Source: Alphaproteobacteria bacterium (GTDB lineage Bacteria; Pseudomonadota; Alphaproteobacteria; Rhodospirillales; CAMCUA01). From it: 29,073 nucleotides of DNA. Below, one piece after another: positions 1 to 7,713 of this stretch (positions are counted from its first letter, which is position 1; each line of letters starts with the position of its first letter). Position numbers and translations under genes: made by a program. The stretch lies in NCBI GenBank assembly GCA_963580965.1, contig CAUZNJ010000001.1:1-29073 (forward strand). The letters run 5' to 3'. The notes below the pieces were generated by a model that saw only the letters and a program-made list of their open reading frames with translations, did no database searches and was not told the origin of the DNA.

Positions 1-1762
1 CTCTAAATCCACCCGGGCTGGGTTCGATCGATACAGGATCAGACTGCAATAGCTCGGCAGCCGCATCGCGGCCTTGAGCAAAGATGTCGCGGCAAGCAAA
101 AATGAGGGCCGACCCGCCCACGGTCAAGGAGCGCGACGCGCCCGTGCCATTGCCGGTTGCGACGCGGTCGGTATCGCCCTGGACGATGCTGACATCATCA
201 GCTGCACAGCATAGAGCCTCTGCCACGAGTTGGGCATAAACCGTCTCGTGTCCTTGGCCGTTTGACATCGTGCCAATCAACAACACAATCTGCCCGTCAT
301 CGCCAATCTGAATCGTCGCTTCTTCATCAACGTGCATACCGCACGCTTCGATCGTTGACGATAAGCCGATACCACGCAGCCGGCCCCGGCCAAGTGCCAA
401 ATCTCTCCGGGCAGAAAAGCCATCAAAATCAGCGAGCAGGCAGGCGCGGGCTAAATTAGCCTGAAAATTTCCCGTGTCGTAGATGACGCCGAGCGCATTA
501 GTATAAGGTAGTTTTTCAGCTGCAATCATGTTGCGCTGTCGTATCACGACCGGTGATATACCAAGCTCGCGCGCCGCCACGTCGACCAAACGTTCAATTA
601 TAAACATGACCTCCGGCTGTCCGGCACCCCGATAGGGTGCCGTCGGCACGGTATTGGTGAACATCGCGCAAACATCAATTTTGGCCGCCGGGATATCATA
701 AACGCCAGGCAACGTCCGTCCCCCGGCAATGGGCGAAACGAGTCCGCGTGGCGAAAAATAGGCGCCGAGGGCTGCAAAAGTAGAAACTCGCACCGCCTGA
801 AAGCGACCGTCCCCGTCAAAGGCCAGGGCCGCCGTTGACACCTGATCGCGTCCCTGGGCATCGCTGACCATCATCTCACTACGGCTGGCGATCCATTGCA
901 CCGGCCGGCCGGTGCGCCGGGCCGCCAATAAGACCAAAACCTGTTCTGGGTAGACATGGTTCTTAGCACCAAAACCGCCGCCGACATCCTCAGTGATGAC
1001 ATGGATGCGGTCTCCTTCCACACCAAGAATGGCTTCAGCAATGACCCGTTGCAGCAGGTGAGGCTTGCTTGCTGCCGCCCGTAAGGTCCAGCGGCCAGTA
1101 ACCGCATTCCAATCACCGGTATAAACACGCGGCTCCATTGGATTGGCTGCGAGCCTGTTATTGACGACGGAAATTTTGACCATATGGCCAGCTTCGGCAA
1201 AGGCCTTATCGACAGCCTCGCCATCACCCTTGTGAAAGCGAAAATAGACGTTTCCGGGATACCCAGGCCACAGCAACGGCGCACCATCGGCCGCCGCCGT
1301 ATCCGGAGCGGTGACGCTGAGCAGAGTTTCGTATCCGATATCGACCAACTCAGCCGCGTCCTGCGCCTGGGCCACAGTATCGGCAACAACGAAGGCCAGC
1401 GGTTCGCCAAGGTATCTTGCTGTGCCCCGTGCTAAAACAGGCTGCAACGGCACGTTTGCACGCTCATCAGCGTTTGGAGGCGGCAGTTCCCATGGGATGA
1501 GGCCAAGCGCTGCGATCTCGGGATCGTCGGCGCCAAGGACGGCTATAACGCCGGGCGCCAAAACCGCCGCTGATGTATCGATGCCAGTAATGCGGGCATG
1601 GGCGACAGGCGATCTTATAACAATCCCATGAGCCAGCCCCGGCGGGTTCCAATCGGCTACGTAACGGCCCCGCCCTGTCAGCAGGCGAACATCCTCTCGG
1701 CGGCTACCAAGGCCCGTCGAGACATCAGCAGAAAAGGTTTTCCTTGGTGTTTCGTCGTTCAT
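1..1762 (-). CDS. Xanthine dehydrogenase / CoxL(form II)-like molybdopterin-binding large subunit, partial (3' end runs off the left edge)
   Basis: Translated by hand from ATG at 1762; 587 codons with no stop (codons 1762 down to 2). Motifs: RREDVRLLTGRGRY, RSPVAHARI, VGGGFGAK, APYRGAGQPE, GQGHET, QGDTD. Absent from the ORF track because it has no stop inside the window. Confidence 0.93.
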   Translation of the reverse strand, partial: MNDETPRKTFSADVSTGLGSRREDVRLLTGRGRYVADWNPPGLAHGIVIRSPVAHARITGIDTSAAVLAPGVIAVLGADDPEIAALGLIPWELPPPNADERANVPLQPVLARGTARYLGEPLAFVVADTVAQAQDAAELVDIGYETLLSVTAPDTAAADGAPLLWPGYPGNVYFRFHKGDGEAVDKAFAEAGHMVKISVVNNRLAANPMEPRVYTGDWNAVTGRWTLRAAASKPHLLQRVIAEAILGVEGDRIHVITEDVGGGFGAKNHVYPEQVLVLLAARRTGRPVQWIASRSEMMVSDAQGRDQVSTAALAFDGDGRFQAVRVSTFAALGAYFSPRGLVSPIAGGRTLPGVYDIPAAKIDVCAMFTNTVPTAPYRGAGQPEVMFIIERLVDVAARELGISPVVIRQRNMIAAEKLPYTNALGVIYDTGNFQANLARACLLADFDGFSARRDLALGRGRLRGIGLSSTIEACGMHVDEEATIQIGDDGQIVLLIGTMSNGQGHETVYAQLVAEALCCAADDVSIVQGDTDRVATGNGTGASRSLTVGGSALIFACRDIFAQGRDAAAELLQSDPVSIEPSPGGFR

Positions 1763-1807
1763 CAGAACAGATATTTTGCGGCAACTGGGGAGTGCCAGGG
1801 GGCTAGC

Positions 1808-1835
1808 TTGACAGGGTACATATTGTGATCAGAAT
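1808..1835 (+). promoter_or_regulatory. Putative sigma70 promoter of the six-gene operon
   Basis: Perfect TTGACA at 1808-1813, 16-nt spacer, CAGAAT at 1830-1835, inside the 117-bp divergent intergenic region. Confidence 0.45.
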
Positions 1836-1879
1836 AAGACATTATAGCCATCTGCACCACCCGATAAGGACCAACTGCC

Positions 1880-3040
1880 GTGCCAACAATTGCCGCCGTT
1901 GAGACCATCCTTGTCCAACTTCCAACCCGGCGCGAACATCGGTGGACCGGCCTGACAGAGCCCATTGGTCGATATCTTCTGATCCGCGCCGTTGATAGTG
2001 ATGGGCGTGTTGGATGGGGTGAAGCACCTGCCCTAAAGGATTGGGGCGGCGAGTTTGGCCGCTATTTTGGCGAATCACCCCAGATCGCCCGAACCGTTAT
2101 CGAAAATTATCTAGTGCCCGCCGTTATCGGCGTCGAGCTTGGAAATATTTCTGAACTACACGCCCGTATGGACGCCATCATCAAAGGCTATCCTTACTCC
2201 AAGGCGGCGGTTGAATTTGCCGTTTACGATCTGACCGGACGGTGGCTCGATGTTCCTGTTCATACCCTACTCGGCGGACGGGCGCGCAACACGGTACCAG
2301 TCACCCATTCCATCGGCCTCATACCCATCGAGGACGCGGAACGCGAAGCTGCCCAGGTCGCCGCCGAAGGCATACGCACAATTAAGATAAAAATTGGAAT
2401 CGACCCCAAGCGCGATGTCGATATCGTCCGCGTCGTGCGCAGCGCCGCAGGCGATGATGTCGATATCTGCGTCGATGCCAATGAAGGTTACGAGACGCCG
2501 GGCCAAGCTATCAACGTGGTTCGCCAGATCGAAAAATATCGCATCAAGTATGTCGAACAGCCCGTCATGGGTATCGAGCGGCTAGCTGAGGTTGCGCGCG
2601 CCATCGACCCGCCGGTGATGGCCGACGAATCAGCCTGGAATAGTCACGACGTCATTCAAATAATCGAGCACCGTGCAGCCCAAATCGTCTCCATTTATAC
2701 GACCAAGCCAGGCGGTCTATACAAGGCCATGGAGGTCGGTGCGACGTGCCGGGCCGCCGGCATCATCTGCAATGTTAACGGATCGGTGGAAACTGGCGTC
2801 GGCAATCTCGCTAACATCCATCTCGCAGCAGCCGCCCCGGCAGTGACGCTATCTTGCGTAGTGCCAGTTTCGACACCCGCCGAATATCTCGGCGGGAGAA
2901 TCGGCGGTATCTATTACCGCGACGATCTAATCAAACAGCCGATGAAGCTGGTCGATGGCCATATAGAAGTACCGACAGGGCCCGGCATGGGCATTGAGGT
3001 CGACTTGAGCAAAATTGAAACCTATCGCGTGCGTGACTGA
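1880..3040 (+). CDS. Enolase-superfamily enzyme, muconate cycloisomerase (MLE)-like, non-canonical active site
   Basis: GTG start with upstream AAGGA. GWGE capping-domain motif, KxK (K169/K171), metal ligands in DANE, EQP and DES. Strand-6 motif is IYTTKPGG. Confidence 0.9.
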   Translation: MPTIAAVETILVQLPTRREHRWTGLTEPIGRYLLIRAVDSDGRVGWGEAPALKDWGGEFGRYFGESPQIARTVIENYLVPAVIGVELGNISELHARMDAIIKGYPYSKAAVEFAVYDLTGRWLDVPVHTLLGGRARNTVPVTHSIGLIPIEDAEREAAQVAAEGIRTIKIKIGIDPKRDVDIVRVVRSAAGDDVDICVDANEGYETPGQAINVVRQIEKYRIKYVEQPVMGIERLAEVARAIDPPVMADESAWNSHDVIQIIEHRAAQIVSIYTTKPGGLYKAMEVGATCRAAGIICNVNGSVETGVGNLANIHLAAAAPAVTLSCVVPVSTPAEYLGGRIGGIYYRDDLIKQPMKLVDGHIEVPTGPGMGIEVDLSKIETYRVRD

Positions 3041-3069
3041 TCCATCGCTACGTTTAACGGAGTGCGTTT

Positions 3070-4206
3070 ATGCGCAAAGAGATCGTCAGGCGTCAGGTCG
3101 CCGCGATGGCCGAACATGGCCTAGACGCCATCGTTTGTTGCTCACCTGAGAATTTTGCGTATACGGCGGGATTTGTCGTTCCTTCTCAACCACTGATCCG
3201 CCACCGCCATGCCATGACCATCGTTGATGCCAATGGTCAAACAGCTGTAGTCGGCGTTGATATGGAAGCGACGACTATCACCGGCAGACTGCCCGAAGTC
3301 AGAAGCCGCATATGGCGGGAGTTCTCCGACGATGCCATGGCGGTACTCGCCGACTTCCTGACGGAACTTGGTCTCGCACAGGCGCGCATTGGCATTGAGA
3401 TGGACTATTTGCCAGCCGGGGATTGCGCCCGATTGGCGGCTGCCCTTCCGTCGGCGCACTTAAAACCTTGCGAAAGCATCTTGGCCGGCCTACGCCAAAT
3501 CAAGACACCGGACGAAATCACTCTCCTCCGCCGGCTGTCCCGGATCGCCGATCAGGCCATCACCGACGCTCTCAGTGCCGTCAAGGCCGGCGATACGGAA
3601 TTAGATATTGCTGGCCATATGACCCAGCATTTGTACACACTCGGCGCCGAGAACTTCAAGTTGATGATCGTTGCCACCGGCGAACGCAGTCAGTTTCCTA
3701 ACGTCGGTCCGTCGGAGCGAAAATTGCGGCGCGGCGATGTTTGCCGGGTCGAAATATTCTCGGTTATTGGTGGCTATCAAGCTGGCGTCTGCCGGACGGC
3801 GGTCGTACAGGAGGCCCCACCGCATGCTGAACGCATCTGGCAGCATCTTGTCGACTGCAAATACCGAATCATGGAGATGGTAAAGCCAGGTGCCAGTTGT
3901 CTCGTTATCTACAATGCCTTCATCGCCCAACTAGCAGAGATGGACCTGCCGCCCATCTCCTTCGTTGGCCACGGCATTGGCTTGCATCTACACGAGGATC
4001 CTTATCTCGGCGAAACGCCAATCCTCGGACAGCCCGGTAGCGACGCGATGCTGGAGGCCGGTATGGTACTTGGTTTTGAACCTCTGTGTTACCGCACCGG
4101 TTACGGCTTCGGCATGCAAAACAAGGACATGTTATTGGTCACCGGCGGCGGTTCAGAACTGCTGTCGGATTACGCCAATACCGACCAGCTTCTGGTGGTC
4201 GAATGA
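3070..4206 (+). CDS. M24 (creatinase/prolidase, pita-bread fold) family hydrolase, probably metal-independent
   Basis: Creatinase-like N domain (SPENFAYTAGF), LRQIKTPDEI, GHGIGLHLHE, GFEP. Several metal-ligand positions are substituted. Confidence 0.88.
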   Translation: MRKEIVRRQVAAMAEHGLDAIVCCSPENFAYTAGFVVPSQPLIRHRHAMTIVDANGQTAVVGVDMEATTITGRLPEVRSRIWREFSDDAMAVLADFLTELGLAQARIGIEMDYLPAGDCARLAAALPSAHLKPCESILAGLRQIKTPDEITLLRRLSRIADQAITDALSAVKAGDTELDIAGHMTQHLYTLGAENFKLMIVATGERSQFPNVGPSERKLRRGDVCRVEIFSVIGGYQAGVCRTAVVQEAPPHAERIWQHLVDCKYRIMEMVKPGASCLVIYNAFIAQLAEMDLPPISFVGHGIGLHLHEDPYLGETPILGQPGSDAMLEAGMVLGFEPLCYRTGYGFGMQNKDMLLVTGGGSELLSDYANTDQLLVVE

Positions 4207-4222
4207 AGCACAGAGCATACCA

Positions 4223-5305
4223 ATGAAAGTTACGATCCTCGGCGGTGGTAGCGGGGGGGCGGCATCCGCCGTGGAGCTAACCCTCGCCGGCCACGAGGTC
4301 TGCCTATGGAGCCGAGCAGCGGAAACACTCGATCCATTTCGTACTGCTGGTGGTATTGCTTACGATGGCGTCCTCGGCGACGGCACTGTGCCGGTACGCC
4401 TTACGAATGACATGACAATAGCCATACAGGGGGCGGAAGCCGCCGTCGTCGCACTGCCTACCTATGCACATAACGCCGTGGCGCGTGCCCTGTCCGCCGC
4501 CCAATGGCCGGAAGACCGGCCAGTGATTCTCAATCCGGGACACACGGGCGGCGCAATGGAATTCACAACTTCCTATCAGCGGACCGGCGCCACGGCCCCG
4601 CCAATTGCAGCGTTCTCGACTTTGACCTACGTAGCACGAAAATATAGCCCTAAACGCGTCACCATCAGCGGCCACGCCAAGGCCGTGCGCATGGCTTCTC
4701 TGCCCAGGGCCGAGGCCGCCATGGTTGTCGGTGCGGCATTGTTTTCCTCCGCCCAGCCCGTTGCTGACGTGCTAGCCGCAGACCTCGCAAACGTCAATAT
4801 GGTCCTGCACCCACCCGGCGCAGTTCTGGCTGCCGCCTGGGTCGAAGCGCGCGACGGCGATTTTTCCTTCTATGTTGATGCCATGACCCCCGGTGTCGCC
4901 CGGGTCATGCGCCAACTCGACGATGAACGCCGCGCCGTTGCCCGTTCCTTTGGCCATGATTTACCCAATCTAATCGCGGAAATGCAACGCATCGGTACGG
5001 TCGAGTCGAATATCACAGACACCAATGATTTCCCCGCCGCAATCGCTACCGGAGAGGCCAATCGCCATATCAAAGGTCCAGATTCCCTGTGCCATCGTTA
5101 CTATCGGGAAGATTTCGGCCACGGGCTACTGCCTTTCCTCGAACTGGCCGCCATCGCCGGGGTTGCAACGCCAACTGCGCAATCACTATTCACACTGGGT
5201 GCAGCGCTGTCCGGAAATGATTATCATAAGGGCGGACGTACCGCCGAGGCCATGGGCATCGCCGGCCTGAACAAAGAACAATTACTACAACGGGTGAAAA
5301 ACTAA
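4223..5305 (+). CDS. NAD(P)-dependent opine (octopine/nopaline; N-carboxyalkyl-amino-acid) dehydrogenase family protein
   Basis: Start moved to ATG 4223 (MKVTILGGGSGG, Rossmann motif); the 3965 ORF start overlaps the M24 gene. Family motifs: NVNMVLHP, TPGVARVMRQLDDERRAVA, HRYYREDFGHGLLP. Confidence 0.88.
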   Translation: MKVTILGGGSGGAASAVELTLAGHEVCLWSRAAETLDPFRTAGGIAYDGVLGDGTVPVRLTNDMTIAIQGAEAAVVALPTYAHNAVARALSAAQWPEDRPVILNPGHTGGAMEFTTSYQRTGATAPPIAAFSTLTYVARKYSPKRVTISGHAKAVRMASLPRAEAAMVVGAALFSSAQPVADVLAADLANVNMVLHPPGAVLAAAWVEARDGDFSFYVDAMTPGVARVMRQLDDERRAVARSFGHDLPNLIAEMQRIGTVESNITDTNDFPAAIATGEANRHIKGPDSLCHRYYREDFGHGLLPFLELAAIAGVATPTAQSLFTLGAALSGNDYHKGGRTAEAMGIAGLNKEQLLQRVKN

Positions 5306-6195
5306 TGAAGTGGGAAGAAAGAACGATCGCTATCGTCGCCGGCGACCGGCGAGAACAGGAAATCGCCCGCTGCGTTGCTGCCACTGGCGCCGATGTACGC
5401 GCCTATGGGTTTCCATGGCCTGATGAGGGCATTAATGGCGTGACCCACGCCCCTTCCGCCGCCGCCGCCCTGGCTGGCGCCGAAATCGCCTTATTTCCCA
5501 TTCCCGGCATTGCACCGGACGGTGCTCTATTCGCACCTTTATGCAATGAACGGATCATCCCCAACCGCGTCATGCTGTCGGCCATGAAACCCAATCCTAA
5601 TATTATTCTCGGCTGGCCCGACGCCAAGCTAAAGGCCTTATGCGAGGAATTGTCGATTAAATATCACGAATACGAGGCCGACCGCGGTTTAATGCTGCTG
5701 CGCGGGCCCGCCATCGTCGAAGGCATGCTTCAAGTCATCATCGAAAATACCGACATCACCATCCACAAGGCCAATATTGTTATGGTTGGTTATGGCACCA
5801 TCGGCGAGCTATCGGCGCGGACCCTCGTGACGCTCGGCGCCAACGTCACAGTGGCCGCTCGAAACCCGGTGCAACGAGCCGCCGCCTATGCCACTGGAGC
5901 CGAGACGATGGAATTATCCGGCCTCGACGACATCCTTCCCGGAACCGACATCCTGATCAATAGCGTTCCAGTGCAACTTGTGACCCGAGCGATGCTAGAA
6001 AAAATGCCGAAACACGCCCTTCTCGTCGATCTAGCGGCGCCGCCGGGCGGCATTAATCGAGATGCCGCCGAGGCACTGGGCCTGCGCTTCGTTTGGGCCC
6101 GCGGCCTTGGGTCGCGCGCGCCAGTCACGGTAGGGCGCAGCCAATGGACGGGTATTCGTCCGCGCATCGAGAAGATTTTTGAGAACTACGCCTGA
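5305..6195 (+). CDS. Dipicolinate synthase subunit A (SpoVFA/DpaA)-like NAD(P)-binding oxidoreductase
   Basis: IAIVAGDRREQEI vs Bacillus IAVIGGDARQLEI; AIVEGML..TDITIH vs PTVEGTI..TDYTIH; GYGTIG Rossmann motif; LGANVTVAAR; VDLAAPPGG vs LDLASRPGG (Bacillus motifs recalled from memory). TAATG overlap with the upstream gene. Confidence 0.8.
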   Translation: MKWEERTIAIVAGDRREQEIARCVAATGADVRAYGFPWPDEGINGVTHAPSAAAALAGAEIALFPIPGIAPDGALFAPLCNERIIPNRVMLSAMKPNPNIILGWPDAKLKALCEELSIKYHEYEADRGLMLLRGPAIVEGMLQVIIENTDITIHKANIVMVGYGTIGELSARTLVTLGANVTVAARNPVQRAAAYATGAETMELSGLDDILPGTDILINSVPVQLVTRAMLEKMPKHALLVDLAAPPGGINRDAAEALGLRFVWARGLGSRAPVTVGRSQWTGIRPRIEKIFENYA

Positions 6196-6248
6196 ACCAG
6201 GCGCTTATAAATCGAGCTTTAATCGGACGATAGCAAAGGAGAAAAATC

Positions 6249-6443
6249 ATGCCGTTCGTCGTCGTTGAAATGTGGGAAGGCCGAACCGTTGACCAAAAGC
6301 GTAATCTTGTGAAAGCAATCACCGACGCCATGGTCGAGCACGCCGCCTGCAAATCTGAGCACCTGCACGTCGTCATTCACGATACCCCGAAAAATAGCTG
6401 GGGCCGCAACGGAAAACTCGGCATCGATATGGAGGAAAACTGA
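6249..6443 (+). CDS. 4-oxalocrotonate tautomerase-family protein
   Basis: 64 aa, Pro-1 after Met removal, EGRT..QKR motif (Arg-11), strong AAGGAG RBS. Confidence 0.9.
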   Translation: MPFVVVEMWEGRTVDQKRNLVKAITDAMVEHAACKSEHLHVVIHDTPKNSWGRNGKLGIDMEEN

Positions 6444-6444
6444 T

Positions 6445-6825
6445 ATGGCCGAAACATCAGAGCAACCCCGTCCCGTAGCATTTGGCCACATATTGCTTAG
6501 AGTCGACGATATCGAACGCTCCGTGAATTTCTACGTCGACGGCGTCGGCTTTACTATCCGCCCTGCCAAACCCCTGGCCGACGGCCGCGCCTTCACCGCC
6601 TTCCACCATGGATTTTCCCTGATTGCTGGTAAGGATAAAGCCCATCAACAGATCGATCATATTGCCTTTGAGGTTGATAATGTACGCGCCCTGAGCGAAC
6701 GCCTAAAGGCGCGTGGTACGCATTTTCAGGAAGAACTACACGACGGCCCCTACGGCCTAACGATCTACGTCTCCGACCCTGACAACAACCGCATTGAACT
6801 GTATCAGGTGGGGCTTAAGGCTTAG
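6445..6825 (+). CDS. VOC (glyoxalase/bleomycin-resistance/extradiol dioxygenase) family protein
   Basis: GHILLRVDDIERSVNFY..GF, DHIAFEVD, DPDNNRIEL; starts 1 nt after the upstream stop. Confidence 0.88.
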   Translation: MAETSEQPRPVAFGHILLRVDDIERSVNFYVDGVGFTIRPAKPLADGRAFTAFHHGFSLIAGKDKAHQQIDHIAFEVDNVRALSERLKARGTHFQEELHDGPYGLTIYVSDPDNNRIELYQVGLKA

Positions 6826-6924
6826 AAAAGTACTGTGAAATGTTCGAGTTCATAAGGCCAAAAGTGACCCAGACCCCCGGATTATGTCACTTAACTTTGA
6901 ATCTTTGTAACCGATTTATAACTC

Positions 6925-6970
6925 AATAAAAAATCAACGGCCTAGCTGTTTTCAGCTAAGCCGTTGATTT
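6925..6970 (-). terminator. Rho-independent terminator of tRNA-Lys; the hairpin may also stop the convergent operon
   Basis: Inverted repeat 6931-6948 / 6953-6970: 18-bp stem, perfect apart from one U-G pair on the minus-strand transcript, 4-nt loop, followed by UUUUUUAUU. Confidence 0.75.
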
Positions 6971-6973
6971 AAA

Positions 6974-7049
6974 TGGTGGGCCCGACGGGGTTCGAACCCA
7001 TGACCCTCTGATTAAAAGTCAGATGCTCTACCAACTGAGCTACAGGCCC
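6974..7049 (-). tRNA. tRNA-Lys (UUU), 76 nt, CCA encoded
   Basis: Minus strand reads GGGCCTGTAGCTCAGTTGGTAGAGCATCTGACTTTTAATCAGAGGGTCATGGGTTCGAACCCCGTCGGGCCCACCA. Acceptor stem pairs, GTTCGAA T loop, CTTTTAA anticodon loop. Confidence 0.97.
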
Positions 7050-7086
7050 ACAACGTGGCGCGCGACGTAACGCAAATTAAGGCGGC

Positions 7087-7115
7087 AACATAGGAACCGT
7101 CCCGCCGCCGGTCAA
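7087..7115 (-). promoter_or_regulatory. Putative sigma70 promoter of tRNA-Lys
   Basis: TTGACC-17 nt-TATGTT followed by a GC-rich discriminator (GCCGCC), typical of stable-RNA promoters. Confidence 0.6.
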
Positions 7116-7185
7116 CCACCCCCTCGCTGATAGAGGACTTGCTCAGCAAAAAGGGGAGTTACATCGCCATTCCGGGGTAATCGAG

Positions 7186-7713
7186 TCAATCTACAGATCC
7201 CCTAGCCAGCTTTTTCTGCATAAGCGCGCGTACGGCGGGTGTAACGAACGGCGTTATGTCACCGCCCAGACGCGCAACCTCCTTCACCAATTTCGAGGCG
7301 ATGAAGTGGTTGTTCTCCGATGCCGTCAGGAACACCGTTTCTACATCAGGGTTAAGTCGGGCATTCATACCAGCCATCTGGAATTCATACTCAAAATCGG
7401 ATACAGCGCGCAGGCCACGAATAATGATGCTGGCCCCCTCCGCATTGACAAAATCTGTCAGAAGATTGTCAAAGGAGCGCACAACGATGCGCTTATCATA
7501 ACCATTAGGTAGCTTGGCGACCGCAGAATCAACCATTTCTACCCGTTCCGCGACCGAGAATAAGGGGCCTTTACCAGCATTTATGGCAACCCCAACGATC
7601 AGCTTGTCAACCACCCGCAAAGCCCGGGTAATGATGTCGAGATGACCCACCGTCAGGGGGTCAAACGTGCCGGGGTATACCCCCGTCCGCGGCCCTTCTT
7701 CAGCTGGGCTCAT
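7186..7713 (-). CDS. coaD: Phosphopantetheine adenylyltransferase
   Basis: [36 protein letters not shown]; ATGA overlap with gyrA. Confidence 0.97.
   Translation of the reverse strand: MSPAEEGPRTGVYPGTFDPLTVGHLDIITRALRVVDKLIVGVAINAGKGPLFSVAERVEMVDSAVAKLPNGYDKRIVVRSFDNLLTDFVNAEGASIIIRGLRAVSDFEYEFQMAGMNARLNPDVETVFLTASENNHFIASKLVKEVARLGGDITPFVTPAVRALMQKKLARGSVD

Noticed and set aside
1-1762. Aerobic CO dehydrogenase (form I) call
   Set aside because: The loop is PYRGAGQ, not AYxCSFR, and no cox accessory genes are visible.
3965-4222. N-terminal extension of the opine dehydrogenase (likewise the 18385 start for trpD and the 20179 start for moaC)
   Set aside because: These extensions overlap the upstream genes; family homology begins at 4223, 18436 and 20278.
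5305-6195. Evidence for sporulation or DPA production
   Set aside because: No spoVFB or other sporulation gene is present, and the context is an alphaproteobacterial metabolic operon.
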